A stretch of DNA of 63,733 nt, filler included, from Calcarisporiella thermophila CBS 279.70 (Eukaryota > Fungi > Calcarisporiellomycota): assembly GCF_041956535.1 (NCBI RefSeq). It is 7 parts of 7 records of this genome, joined end to end, with 100 filler letters (N's around TTAATTAATTAA, not from the genome) between each part and the next. Parts side by side here need not be neighbours in the genome. Positions count along the whole stretch, not along the records: positions 25,249 to 42,886 come from NW_027192209.1; positions 42,987 to 56,054 come from NW_027192216.1; 5 more parts are not named here. The stretch is one strand, 5' to 3'. This document shows, in pieces, positions 35,751 through 46,556 of this stretch. The stretch's first letter is position 1. Each line of letters begins with the position of its first letter. Below the pieces are notes generated by a model, which was given only the letters and a program-made list of their open reading frames with translations, ran no database searches and was not told where the DNA came from. Both the position numbers and the translations under genes were made by a program.

Positions 35751-37334
35751 ATGCCAGCTTTCAGCATCAACTGGTTGGGCCAGCTTGCCCAGGTTCACGC
35801 CGTTCTCCACGAGCTTGGATATATCCGTTTGCTTGCAATATTGTTGTTTGGAGTGCAGGTGGCTTGGAAATTAACCTACGCATTCTTTTTATCGCCACTC
35901 CGCAATATCCCAGGCCCATTTCTTTCTCGCGTTACAGCTAGGCGCAGCGAATTCAAGGCTCTGTCTGGGAATGGAGAGAAAGCAACACAGCAAGACTACG
36001 AAAAGTACGGAGACATCTACGTGTACAAGCCAAATGTTATCTGCATCTGCAACCCGAAGGACATTCGGGCCGTGCTGAGCTCCAATCAATTCAGAAAAAC
36101 TGACTTGTATAAGATTTTCGAGTATCTGGGCATACCAAACGTGGCGACATTCACAGACCCAGTGCTTGCGAACCGCCGGAGGCGGCAGATCCACCCATAC
36201 TTCAACTTCACGTACCTAGGCAAAATGGAATCACTGATTCTCCGCCACGGTATCGAAGCGATTAAGACGAGGTGGGATGGGCTGATTGCGAAGAACGGCG
36301 GAAAGCCGATCGAGGTCAACTACCGCCACGACACGCAGCTCGCCACCTTCGACATCATCGGCGCATTAGTGTTTGGGCGTGAGTTCAATGCACTCGCAAC
36401 CAACAACATGTCTTATATCAATTGGGTTTCAGGTACTTTCTTCTATTTGATGCTCCGCAACAACTTCCCCTTGCTTGCCGTGTATCCCTTCTCGCTCCTT
36501 GTCAGGTCCATGAAAAAGTCGCATGATGAACTGGCGGAGTTCAGCAAGGAGTCGGTTGCCATGCGCAAGGAGCTGCTGGCTAAAGGGGTCGACGAGAAAC
36601 CCGCTGACCTACTGCAGGCGTTGATCGATGCAGAGGACCCTGAGTCCAAGTACAGGATGTCGCCTATCGAAGTGCAGACGGAGAGCGTTGGCATGCTACT
36701 TGGCGGGAGTGAGACGTCCTCCTCCGCAATTTCGTGGACGGTTCACTTTTTGCTATTGCACCCCGAGCACCTTCGCCGCGCCGTCGAGGAGGTGCGCAGC
36801 CAATTCGCGCCTGGTCACACCGTCACATTCAACGAGACTCGCGCCCACCTGCCATACCTCGAGGCCTGCATCTACGAAACTCTGCGCTATATTCCGGCAG
36901 GCACCGCCTCTTTCCCGCGAATCTCTCATTCTACCGGCATCACTATCCAGGGCCACTACATCCCGCCGGGCGTTGAGATCGCCGTCAACAAGTGGGCTGC
37001 CCACATCCACAAGGACTTCTGGGACGACCCGCTCACCTTCAACCCTGTTCGCTTCCTAGACAACGATGAGGCCAAGCGCAACATGCTTTCCTTCTCGTAT
37101 GGACAGCGCTTCTGCATCGGGCGCAACCTCGCATGGGTGGAGATGCTGCCCATCCTGGCCAACATGCTCAAGGACTACGACATTTCTCTTCCAGAGGGTA
37201 GCCTCTTCGGCCCCCACAACCTCGACGAGCATGGCCGTCCAAAACTTATGCCCACGAAGCCTTCTGTGTTCACCATGCCTGCCAACCCCGAGCGCGACTG
37301 CCGCATGATCGTCACCAATCGCTCCGAGGTATAA
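35751..37334 (+). CDS. Cytochrome P450, HelB/CYP5081-like paralog 3, intronless, 527 aa
   Basis: MPAFSINW start; LGGSETSS, ETLR, PVRF, FSYGQRFCIG heme motif. Confidence 0.92.
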   Translation: MPAFSINWLGQLAQVHAVLHELGYIRLLAILLFGVQVAWKLTYAFFLSPLRNIPGPFLSRVTARRSEFKALSGNGEKATQQDYEKYGDIYVYKPNVICICNPKDIRAVLSSNQFRKTDLYKIFEYLGIPNVATFTDPVLANRRRRQIHPYFNFTYLGKMESLILRHGIEAIKTRWDGLIAKNGGKPIEVNYRHDTQLATFDIIGALVFGREFNALATNNMSYINWVSGTFFYLMLRNNFPLLAVYPFSLLVRSMKKSHDELAEFSKESVAMRKELLAKGVDEKPADLLQALIDAEDPESKYRMSPIEVQTESVGMLLGGSETSSSAISWTVHFLLLHPEHLRRAVEEVRSQFAPGHTVTFNETRAHLPYLEACIYETLRYIPAGTASFPRISHSTGITIQGHYIPPGVEIAVNKWAAHIHKDFWDDPLTFNPVRFLDNDEAKRNMLSFSYGQRFCIGRNLAWVEMLPILANMLKDYDISLPEGSLFGPHNLDEHGRPKLMPTKPSVFTMPANPERDCRMIVTNRSEV

Positions 37335-38382
37335 ACCCACTTTGCGCTTCTTTTTTAATCTTCCTGTCTCGCCTTCTTGCTCTTAGACACTCATTTCCAA
37401 AAATTCTTCCTCGAGTCTGTACCATTTAAAGCACCACTCAATAATCCAGTACTAATAAAAGTTGAAGACACCAGATTTATATACTCAGCAAGCAGATTAT
37501 ACTTACAGCACCTTCTCTAATTTGTCGTCATAATTGCAATAAACACACATATTAAACCCTTTAGTGCCCATATCGATTGTAACATCAAAGTTCCTCAAAG
37601 TGCGCTAATAATTTTGGCATCGTAATTTTCAAAATACTACAATTAGATTTGATACGAAAAAGGATGAATATTTCATTATTTTACTTATTCAATCTAAGAG
37701 TGAATCTAACTGATAACCAGAGATATCGTAAGAGCTACAGAAGAGAAACGGATCATAAGCTACAGGACTATTACAGTCATGCTGAGGGGATTGGCTGCCT
37801 GCTTAGCAGAAAAGATTTTTTTATTATGAATGAGTGAGTATTTAACTGATCAAGACATTAATAGCCATTGTTCATCTCTTCCAGGATACTCCTTTTTGTT
37901 TGTAAGTATCCCAATGACCTGGCTTTGGTCTCCCTTCTTCGGATTTAGCTCTGCTCATATCTTTATTAGCTCCTTCCTTATATAGTAATTTCTATCTTAT
38001 TTTTGACTTAATGTCGACATGAACTCGGGAAGTATTTCCTATGCTTTTTTCCACACACACGTGGGTACCTCGCTCACACTCCTGAGATTCTATGAAAAAT
38101 CCACTGATTTCGAGTCCACCACTCTTTGACGTGGCTTATGCGACTTGATTTTCATGTTAAGAGCTAGCAGGAGCACAGTTGAACAAAGGAGAAATAAAAT
38201 AGGGGAACTGTGAGGTTGAATTTTTCTTTCCTATTTTTTCTTTCTCTCTTCATTCCTCCTTTCTTACTTCATCCCAACGCGTGAATATATATAGCATCAC
38301 CTTTTGCGGGAATACGTTTTTCCTAAATAGCCTGCTGGCCCAATCTCTCATATAACAGTTCATTACTGTTCTGACAGATGCA

Positions 38383-39852
38383 ATGGAGGCCTTCCAGCAT
38401 GGTGTAACAAGCAAAGCCTATCCTCTTTCGCCCTTGGACATTATCCCTAACCACCTGTATATCACGAATGTGTATTTTATTGAAAACACACTAAGCGATG
38501 GTGACGCCTTCATGCCTAGCGACGTTTTAAGGGAGTCATTCTACGGCGCACTTCAACAATATCCTATCCTCGCTGGCTATCTTCGTCGGAAGAGCTGGAG
38601 TAAAATGGAAATCGAAGTGGACAAGGACGATCTGAACATGCCCGAGTACGTTGAATCCGCCAGCGACGTTCACTTCAAGTCCCTCAGAGATCACCAGTTT
38701 CACAGGGACGCATGGCCGCGGGGGGTTAACATTGTTGACCCACGGGCGATACCCGACAGCAGCGGCTCTCCTAAGCTTCTCCGTGCGCATGTTTATCGGC
38801 TGGCAGAAAACAGTGGTGTCGTGATTGTCGTCCGCGCGTCGCACAGTGTTTTCGATGCCAAGGGGTACGTCTCGTTCATCAACGCCTGGGCCCAACTATG
38901 TCGCGAGAGTCTCGACCCAAACTTGCCGAGAACTCCTGTGAAGCCGCTCATCGATCGTAGCGTTCTCTATGAGCAATTACCTGCGGACGTAAGGCCGACA
39001 AGCAGCCCAGCAACGAGTGCCCGCGCGTGGCTCACTCCCATCCTGTCAATTTTTGTCCGGCTGGCGCTGAACCTGTATGTCATGGTTGCCCCCAAGCAGG
39101 CGGCCCCGGATTTCATTGAAAGCCATTTGTTCCGAATTTCCGGGGACTCGCTTCGCCGCTTGCGTGACAAGATCAGTGCGCTTGAGCCTAATAGCCCGCA
39201 TGTCTCCAACAACGACATAATCACGGCGCTCTTCACCATGGCGTTCGCCCAGAGCACCGAACAGTTGGCGGTACAAGCAAGTGCCAATGCTGGCTTCTTT
39301 TCAAAAGCGGTCAAGTACAGCAAGGATTTGATGGGCTCTGGCGAGAAGGGCATAAGCGCGATTGTTCCGTGTGATTTCCGCCACCGCATAGGAGTGCCAG
39401 AAAACTACACAGGAAGCTGCGCAATGGGTCTCTACGTCACTGCACCCAAAGAACTTTTGCTTAAGCCGATCACCCCAGAGTCCCTGGCCAAAGTTGCTGT
39501 GATTTCACGCAATACGATAGACCAGGTTGACAAAAAGCGCATTGAGCAGTTTATTAGTCGGGCTCTAAAGGTCATCAACCTGGTTGGGCACAAAGCAAAT
39601 GTGCTTTACTCCATGCTTGTGTGCCAGGCCTTTTCTAACCAGTCTCGGCTCAGATTCTACGACGCCGACTTTGGTCATGGCCAGCCTGCAAAAGTGGTGC
39701 CCATGGCATACTCCAACACCGTTGCCGTCGTCTTTCCTCCCGCACCACCAAGCAGTGATGACGTGGAAGTGTTCCTCACACTGCGCCCGAATGTAATGGC
39801 TAATTTGCTCAAGAAACAGGATCTTCAATCTTTTGCGACCATCGTTTACTAG
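38383..39852 (+). CDS. CoA-dependent acyltransferase (transferase/BAHD-like, HelD2/FusD-like), intronless, 489 aa
   Basis: LSPLD N-terminus, YPILAG, HSVFD (HxxxD), DFGHG (DFGWG-like). Confidence 0.9.
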   Translation: MEAFQHGVTSKAYPLSPLDIIPNHLYITNVYFIENTLSDGDAFMPSDVLRESFYGALQQYPILAGYLRRKSWSKMEIEVDKDDLNMPEYVESASDVHFKSLRDHQFHRDAWPRGVNIVDPRAIPDSSGSPKLLRAHVYRLAENSGVVIVVRASHSVFDAKGYVSFINAWAQLCRESLDPNLPRTPVKPLIDRSVLYEQLPADVRPTSSPATSARAWLTPILSIFVRLALNLYVMVAPKQAAPDFIESHLFRISGDSLRRLRDKISALEPNSPHVSNNDIITALFTMAFAQSTEQLAVQASANAGFFSKAVKYSKDLMGSGEKGISAIVPCDFRHRIGVPENYTGSCAMGLYVTAPKELLLKPITPESLAKVAVISRNTIDQVDKKRIEQFISRALKVINLVGHKANVLYSMLVCQAFSNQSRLRFYDADFGHGQPAKVVPMAYSNTVAVVFPPAPPSSDDVEVFLTLRPNVMANLLKKQDLQSFATIVY

Positions 39853-41204
39853 CTTCATCTGTATCTAGTATCTTCGGGCTGCAGTAAACGTTGGTTGCAG
39901 CTACCACATTTTTTCCCTCTCCCTTTTCTCTCTGATTTTTTGCGAGCCGAGTTTACACCTGTAAGCACCTTCTTTCTTCTCTTTTCATTCTTGAAATCAA
40001 CATGAAGTTAATCAGTGTCTTTAACCAGCCCTCAGATTCAGAGACAAAAAGGGTAACCTAGTTACTTTTATATCTTTTTCATAGACCTTCCCAGTTAATA
40101 CTCTGTTCTGAATAGTACCTCGATCTCACTTAACTATCAAAAATGGATATCACCTATTTTCCATTTAAAATATCGATTTCCTTATGTATTCAGCTCTTGA
40201 TGTTCAATTTCTCGCGATGAGGTGCAAAGGTCGTAGAAACTTGAGCAACATAGCGAATGCGATTGTAACGTACAACTATAATGTTCAGTTCGGTTCACCT
40301 CTCAGATTGATCGATGCATTTGTCAAAAGAACAATTTCTTTCTTAAATTCTTGTTCAAAGATGTGACTCAAAGAGGCTATCTTCTGCAGAGAGATAAAGA
40401 GGGAAAATTATTTGTCTCTTTTTTTACAAGTATTTTCAGGTTTATGCAAGGAGAGTAAAACTGTAACAAATAGTTCCAGAAACAATATAAAGCAAAGTTA
40501 AAGAGAAAATATTTAGTCGGGAAATAATTTATATTAATATGCAAATACAAACTTTCAAAAGATCTATTGTACACAGGTAGTATATTTTTCTATAAGATTC
40601 ATACAGGAACCCAGGTACTATATACAGTTTCGTCATGGTGATAAAAGTAATACGGCACGCCGATATTTAACTCTTCTTTTGAAACTATAATTCTTCGTTT
40701 TTCATTATCACAATTCTCTTCGCGAAAATTCAGTAATACATATCGAGCCATAAAATAATAAGATTGGATAAAAGAAATAAAAAAGAGAACAATGAGCATT
40801 GTAATGAGGCAAGAGTTGCATAAATATAACAGCTGTTTATATATTTTAGAACTTAGAATATCCAGGGTAAAAACTACAACAAGGCTTCTGTAAATATTGC
40901 TCAATTATATATGCATAAAATAATACAATAATATGTAAAATTTTCACGTTTGAAAAATTGAAGACTGTTTTTATGGATTAATATAACGGCTCGGCAGGTA
41001 AGCAGAATAATCTTAGTATAAAAAATAGGAGAAGAACAATAAGATGAAACAGATGTGTTTATTTAAAAAGGAAAATAATATGACTCTGGCATGTGTCTAG
41101 AAGTTCCAAGATCAATTGCAGAATTTCTTAATATAATTTTCATACTACACTGAGATTACATTAACACTTGATTCTCCCTTTGACAAGCAACATCATCTAA
41201 GTTG

Positions 41205-42392
41205 TTAACTCTTTTTGGCATATAACATACATCCATCGACCACAATGGTTGCTCCATTTGTGTATGCGCCAGCACGGGATGCTAGATAAATACAGGTTCC
41301 GGCTATATCCTCAGATTCACCAAAGCGACCAGCTGGAATTGCACTTTTAAGTTTATTCAAGAAGGCATCGTTGTCTTCCGAGACCAAGTCTTTTGTTAAC
41401 TCAGATCGGAAATATCCTGGCGCGATTGAATTCACGGTGATATGGCGATAGCTAAGTAGAGGGGCAAGCGCTTCTGTCATCCGGTGGAGAGCGGCTTTGG
41501 ATATATTGTATACTACATAACTCGGCATTGGTGTGTTGATCATTGCAGCAACAGAACCTATCATAATTACACGACTCGGATCTGCTTGGGTGCATTTAGC
41601 GGAAAGCAGCGGAATAAGTCTGTCAATGAAAAGAAATAAAATGTAGTAAAAAGTACTTCAGTATACTTTTTAAGGTTTTAGGTCGCATAGGGTAAAGCTT
41701 TGAGGATTCGAATCCATGAAGTCCAATATCAAAATTCCTACTTACGCCTTTGTTAAAAAATAAGGAGCTTTCAAGTTGATGTCAAAGAGATCATCCCAAC
41801 TCTCCTCGGTATAAGTGTCGAAATCTTGACTATTAGTTACTCCCGCATTGTTCACTAAAACATCGAGGCGATTCTCCTGTTTCATCAATTCTTCTACTAG
41901 CCTATTTATTCCATCTAGATTCTTCAAATCAGCAGGAATGCTAATGCATTGACCTGGCCCTTGTTCGTTTAATCTAGCAGCGACCTTGAGCAAGATATTT
42001 AGAAATGAGGTATTGAAAATTATTGCAATAATTCGTAAGCTATGAATAAAAGCATAGACAAGCAGCTTATTGTATTACCTGATTGCATACATCGGTTGAC
42101 CTGCTTGCAATGTAGACCTTAGCACCATTTGAAATGAAGCCCTAAACGCACAATGTCGGAGAAAATTATTATTCCTGAGTCAAAAAAAAAATTCATCTTG
42201 ATAAAATCCAAGGGAATTTGAGGAAAAATTCTTACATTGGCAATCATTTCTCCAATGCTAAACATGATTAGTGAATTGAATCTAATTAGCCTGAGCCCAC
42301 GATAGAATTGGAGCAAATTTTAGTTACCCTCGACTTCCACCAGTGACAAGCACCACTTTTCCTTTAACGCTAAACAACTTCGATATATCCAT
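41205..42392 (-). CDS. Classical SDR (3-oxoacyl reductase-like), 5 exons, host-type composition
   Basis: MDISKLFSVKGKVVLVTGGSRGIG, ADL, LVNNAG, GSVA, YNISK, VNSIAPG, IPAGRFG; in-frame GT-AG splicing. Confidence 0.88.
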
Positions 42393-42886
42393 TATGAAAT
42401 TGCAAAAAAAAAATACTGCCTTGAGGACTGTGAAATTATTAAGTGGGAGAGTCTTTGCGATTTTCGGGATATTATATACCAAATACTTGCTAAGATTTAG
42501 AATGGGAAGACTAGGCAAAGGTATATTGAACCTTTATACTAAACACCAGTGTCGAAATTCGAATAATGCCTATTATTTAAAATAATACAGTATTAAGAAA
42601 TTTAGATAAGAGTAAGATTATGAAATTCCGTAGAGATTGAAAATTCCTTACAATTCGTTAAATACAAAAAAAAAACATTAAGAATAATATAAGAAAACAA
42701 CCTAATTAGCAAGCGTAATTGTGATGTTATCGGAGTTGAACAGAATTCGCTTTCCAGTACTATTGCTACCAAAGAAACTGAAATATAAGATGGTATGGCA
42801 GTATCCGAATTTCAGCTTAATTGAAGTCACTTTTTCATTGGGAACAGGTGTATGACGTGTCTGTGGCTGAATACCCTTTTAAATAT

Positions 42887-42986
42887 NNNNNNNNNNNNNN
42901 NNNNNNNNNNNNNNNNNNNNNNNNNNNNNNTTAATTAATTAANNNNNNNNNNNNNNNNNNNNNNNNNNNNNNNNNNNNNNNNNNNN
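42887..42986. other. Artificial assembly linker
   Basis: N44-TTAATTAATTAA-N44. Confidence 0.97.
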
Positions 42987-43259
42987 AAAAATTGATAGGA
43001 ACTTGTTATTAATTAGAATAAAAAGGTTAAGCCTTATATAAGAATAAGAAAACAGATAGATGGAAATAGTAGAATAGATAGAATGGTATAACAAAAGAAA
43101 CATTTCACATATCACGTAATATTTGTCAAAAAGTGAATAGGGTAGAACAAAGGTAACGCTCAACTTAAAGAATTGGTCTTCCAAAAATTAGATGAAAAGA
43201 TTAGATTTGAAATAAAAGATTAGATTTCCTTCTCGCTAGGCGATTCTCATTGGTTAAGT

Positions 43260-43865
43260 CCACCACGGTTCATAACACATTTGTGTCCGAATTCGAGACA
43301 TATATCAAGCTATCCCAACAATATTCAAGCTCCGACATTAATTAGGAATTAGTTAACTTCCTCGAGAGAGGACAACAACTGCAATCTCGTGGAGAACAAC
43401 ATGGGCTCTCGGTCCTGGGTAACCTCTTTATTTACCATCAGATTATCAATAGATATAGGCCATTCTACGATCCTGATCTACTGGACTACGTGGTGAGGTT
43501 TATCCACGTCAAGCACCAGGAAGGATTTTACAAACATTATATCAAGCTCAGTACAATGTGGCGACTGGGTCAGCTGACCCTGGCCCCTAATCTTCGGGAA
43601 GCACTCTCCTATAGGATGCCGGCCTTCACAGACTCGAGAATATTCCCCACCCATAACCTGAAAATAGCTGGGGTCAATATCAAGCTCTACTCTATCAAGT
43701 TCGGCAGACTATACCAGATATCACCAGATCCAGTTGCGGTAACTAGAGAATGGGCGCACATTACCCCAGATGAAGGAGCGTGGAGAAGAGCCTGGAAAAG
43801 CTGGCCAAGACGCCCAAGCGAATCAAAGCAAAAGATCCTTCGATGGCGTCTCCAACATAAATCAG
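43260..43865 (+). mobile_element. LINE (non-LTR) ORF2 3' fragment
   Basis: WRRAWKSWPRRPSESKQKILRWRLQHK precedes the zf-RVT region; closely similar DNA at about 51307-51605; related text at 62080-62180. Confidence 0.75.
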
Positions 43866-43928
43866 GTTACAAAAGAGCAGTCACAAATATTTTCGTGGAA
43901 ACAAACCGTAGCCGAATCACTAATTTAC

Positions 43929-45055
43929 GGGTTCGATTCCCGTAGGCGATACCCGTCCATGAGAGTTTGCCGGGTTTTTTTCAGGACTCAACCGCTATCA
44001 ATAGTATAGCAGCAAGCAAGTAATATCAAGCGGCTACAAAAATAGGTAGCAAAAATTCTAAGGAGAAATCCAACCCAAAAAATGGGAGGCCAAGTGCAGT
44101 ACCTGAGTGATCTTGACATAGGAGTCTACCCTTCCATTACCTTCAGATAAAAATCATCAAGTGGATGTAAAAAATACATTCTAAAGGAGAAAAAAAAGTG
44201 CGTAGGAAACAAAAGAAAGATTTTCTTGCTAACGCAAAAAGTCGAATGAACTACGCTCGAGAGGCCCAAAAGGGCCTTGACCGCGCTCATCGACTACTGT
44301 ATGACCCTCCTATTAAATGACGTATACTCTTACGCACAGCCTCATCTTCAATTTCACCGGCTGGGCTTTTACGAGTTGGCTGCATAGATGTAAGATAGTG
44401 TTAAAAAATAAAAGCATCAACATTGCAAATTAAAAATATTTAGATGGAATGGGGGAGAGGATATAAAAATATATGAGTCTCTTTGGCACACATCGATATT
44501 TATAAAGATATCAATTTCCCATAAACTCGGGGTGCTATTCAATGATATCCTAGTTTTACTAGAAATGCATTTATAACCGGAGTAGTGGTTGGAGCAGCAT
44601 ATTGTGTAAATCCACCTGTGTTTAATAATAAAGCCGCTTGTAAAATATTTCATCCATTCAGGGGATAAGAGCATTCAAAGAAAAATTGATAAAATACGCT
44701 GACACATTTTTCCCTACTTGTAGTTTTTAATAGCCCCGGAGCTTAACTATTGTGTGCTGGGTTCGATTCCCGGTGACGGCACCAGTGCAAGAGATGTGAC
44801 CGGGACATGTTATAGGAATTGAGCTATAGGCAACTTCTTTACAACTCCTCCGAAATACAGTAAAATACGTCAGTGAAATTCTTCCATATAAACTTCTTCT
44901 TATTCTGTATCTTTCTCGGTACAAGCATTCCTCTCTACAAGGCTGGTCAGGAGCATTACCTGGGTGATTTTGACGTGGAAGTCTACTCTTCAATTCCCTT
45001 CAGATAAAATTCATCGAGTGGGTGAAAAAAAATACACCTCAAGGGAGAAAAAAGA
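43929..45055 (+). repeat. Two copies of a dispersed tRNA-headed repeat family (SINE-like)
   Basis: B-box GGTTCGATTCC at about 43930 and 44760; shared tail acctg(a/g)gtgat(c/t)ttgac...agtcta...gagaaaaaa; homologous to 63490-63733, 63050-63090 and, inverted, 52260-52500. Confidence 0.7.
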
Positions 45056-45786
45056 ATTATCATAAGTTGCCTGCTGATCCGAATGCAGGATTCCTGAAGC
45101 CTGGGATACCGCCATCCTTTCTGCATGCTTCCTTGTGTTTTCCTTACATTTTCCTTATGGACCATTTTTTGTAGGGCGAGATCATCACCAATGTACAAAA
45201 TTTGATACCGAAATGGTTACAGAAGCCGAATTGATAAGAGAAGGAAAACAGTGAGAGTTAAGGTAGTTTAGAAGCAAGGGGTGCAGGCAAATTGTGCTAA
45301 CAGAGAGAACCGCCAGAGCTGAGTTGATTAAACGCTCGCTCCATTTTCACGTCTGACCTTTTCGTCTGACTTAGCATGTCCTCTGTTTTTTCTTTCTTTA
45401 CATTTTTATATGGTATCTCCAGTATGCCTTCTAAAATTTTTATTTCTTTTTTCTTTTGCTTTTCTTTGCCTTATGTGTATCATGGAATTTATTGGGGCTT
45501 TGAATTGATATGTATATTGAATGGGGTGCCAATACGCCACTAGTGGGTATTTTTCGATCGATATCCTCGGATCCCAGTAAGTTTAAACACCCGAGTCTAG
45601 TTGAATTTGGTTTAAGTTCTGATCAATTGGGGTACATTTTTGCGAAATTTATAGTATCGCCTATTTCGAGGGCGTTTGACTTCTTTCGTTTGTTATGTGG
45701 CATCTACATAAATAGATTCTTTTCTAAAATTCCATCGCTCATTTTCCGTCACTGTTCGCTAGATTAGAGTCACTATACATAAAAAA

Positions 45787-46433
45787 ATGTCTGCTTTAGC
45801 GCGTCATTTTAATAAAATATATTCTCATTCATATGAACGCCATCCATTACTCACAATTGCTGTTACTAACTCCGCACTGGCAGCTTGCTCTGATATAATT
45901 GCACAGCGCTGCGTTCAAGATGATCGGGATCGTGGTTACGATGTCGCGCGGACAGGTAGATTTGCTCTCTTTGGATTCGGCATCGCCCCTATTCTTGGAA
46001 AATGGTATGAATTCTTGGAAAAGCGATTCCCGTTAGGAAAGGCTGTTGCGGGAGCTACCCTAAGGAGAGTTGTGAGTACTTTGATCGCTTAGCATATCCT
46101 TCTCATTATTTTGATTTTACTAAAACTATATTCTTTTAGTGCGCTGACCAGATACTTTGGGCGCCCGTTGGCCTTGCCCTCTTCTTTACATATATGCCTC
46201 TTGCTGAAGGCAAGGGTTTTGTGGGTGTTCGAGAACGTTTTGCCGACGCTTATCTTCCAGGGTTGCAAGCTAATTACACTGTCTGGCCTTTAGTACAGTT
46301 CATCAACTTTCGTTTCATGCCATTGCGGTACCGTGTGCCATTTGTAAGCGGAGTAAGCGTGTTTTGGAATGCCTATTTAAGTTGGCTAAATAACAAAGCA
46401 CGAGTCTCTGAGAAAGCGGATGCAAGGCTGTAG
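45787..46433 (+). CDS. SYM1: Mpv17/PMP22 family mitochondrial inner-membrane protein, one intron (46072-46139)
   Basis: SDIIAQ, RTGRFALFG, WYEFL, DQILWAP, NYTVWPLVQFINFRFMP, WNAYLS. Confidence 0.9.
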
Positions 46434-46556
46434 AATAGGTAATTCTGTGCATATATCTATTCGTTTGATCTCGGACTTTATCAAGATCTGGTGAATAAAT
46501 TTAATAAATATCAAATACTCTATACAAAGATTTTTTTATAATGTGTGAAACTAAAG

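Noticed and set aside
25944-39858. Many antisense or overlapping ORFs inside cluster genes
   Set aside because: Expected shadow ORFs of GC-rich coding sequence with no independent motifs.
40200-40904. Small gene between acyltransferase and SDR
   Set aside because: Short AT-rich ORF; the possible second exon hits a stop; cannot support beyond a possible remnant.
25791-42392. Helvolic acid cluster proper, or a self-resistance gene or cluster regulator
   Set aside because: No ketosteroid dehydrogenase, second acyltransferase, elongation factor, transporter or transcription factor is visible.
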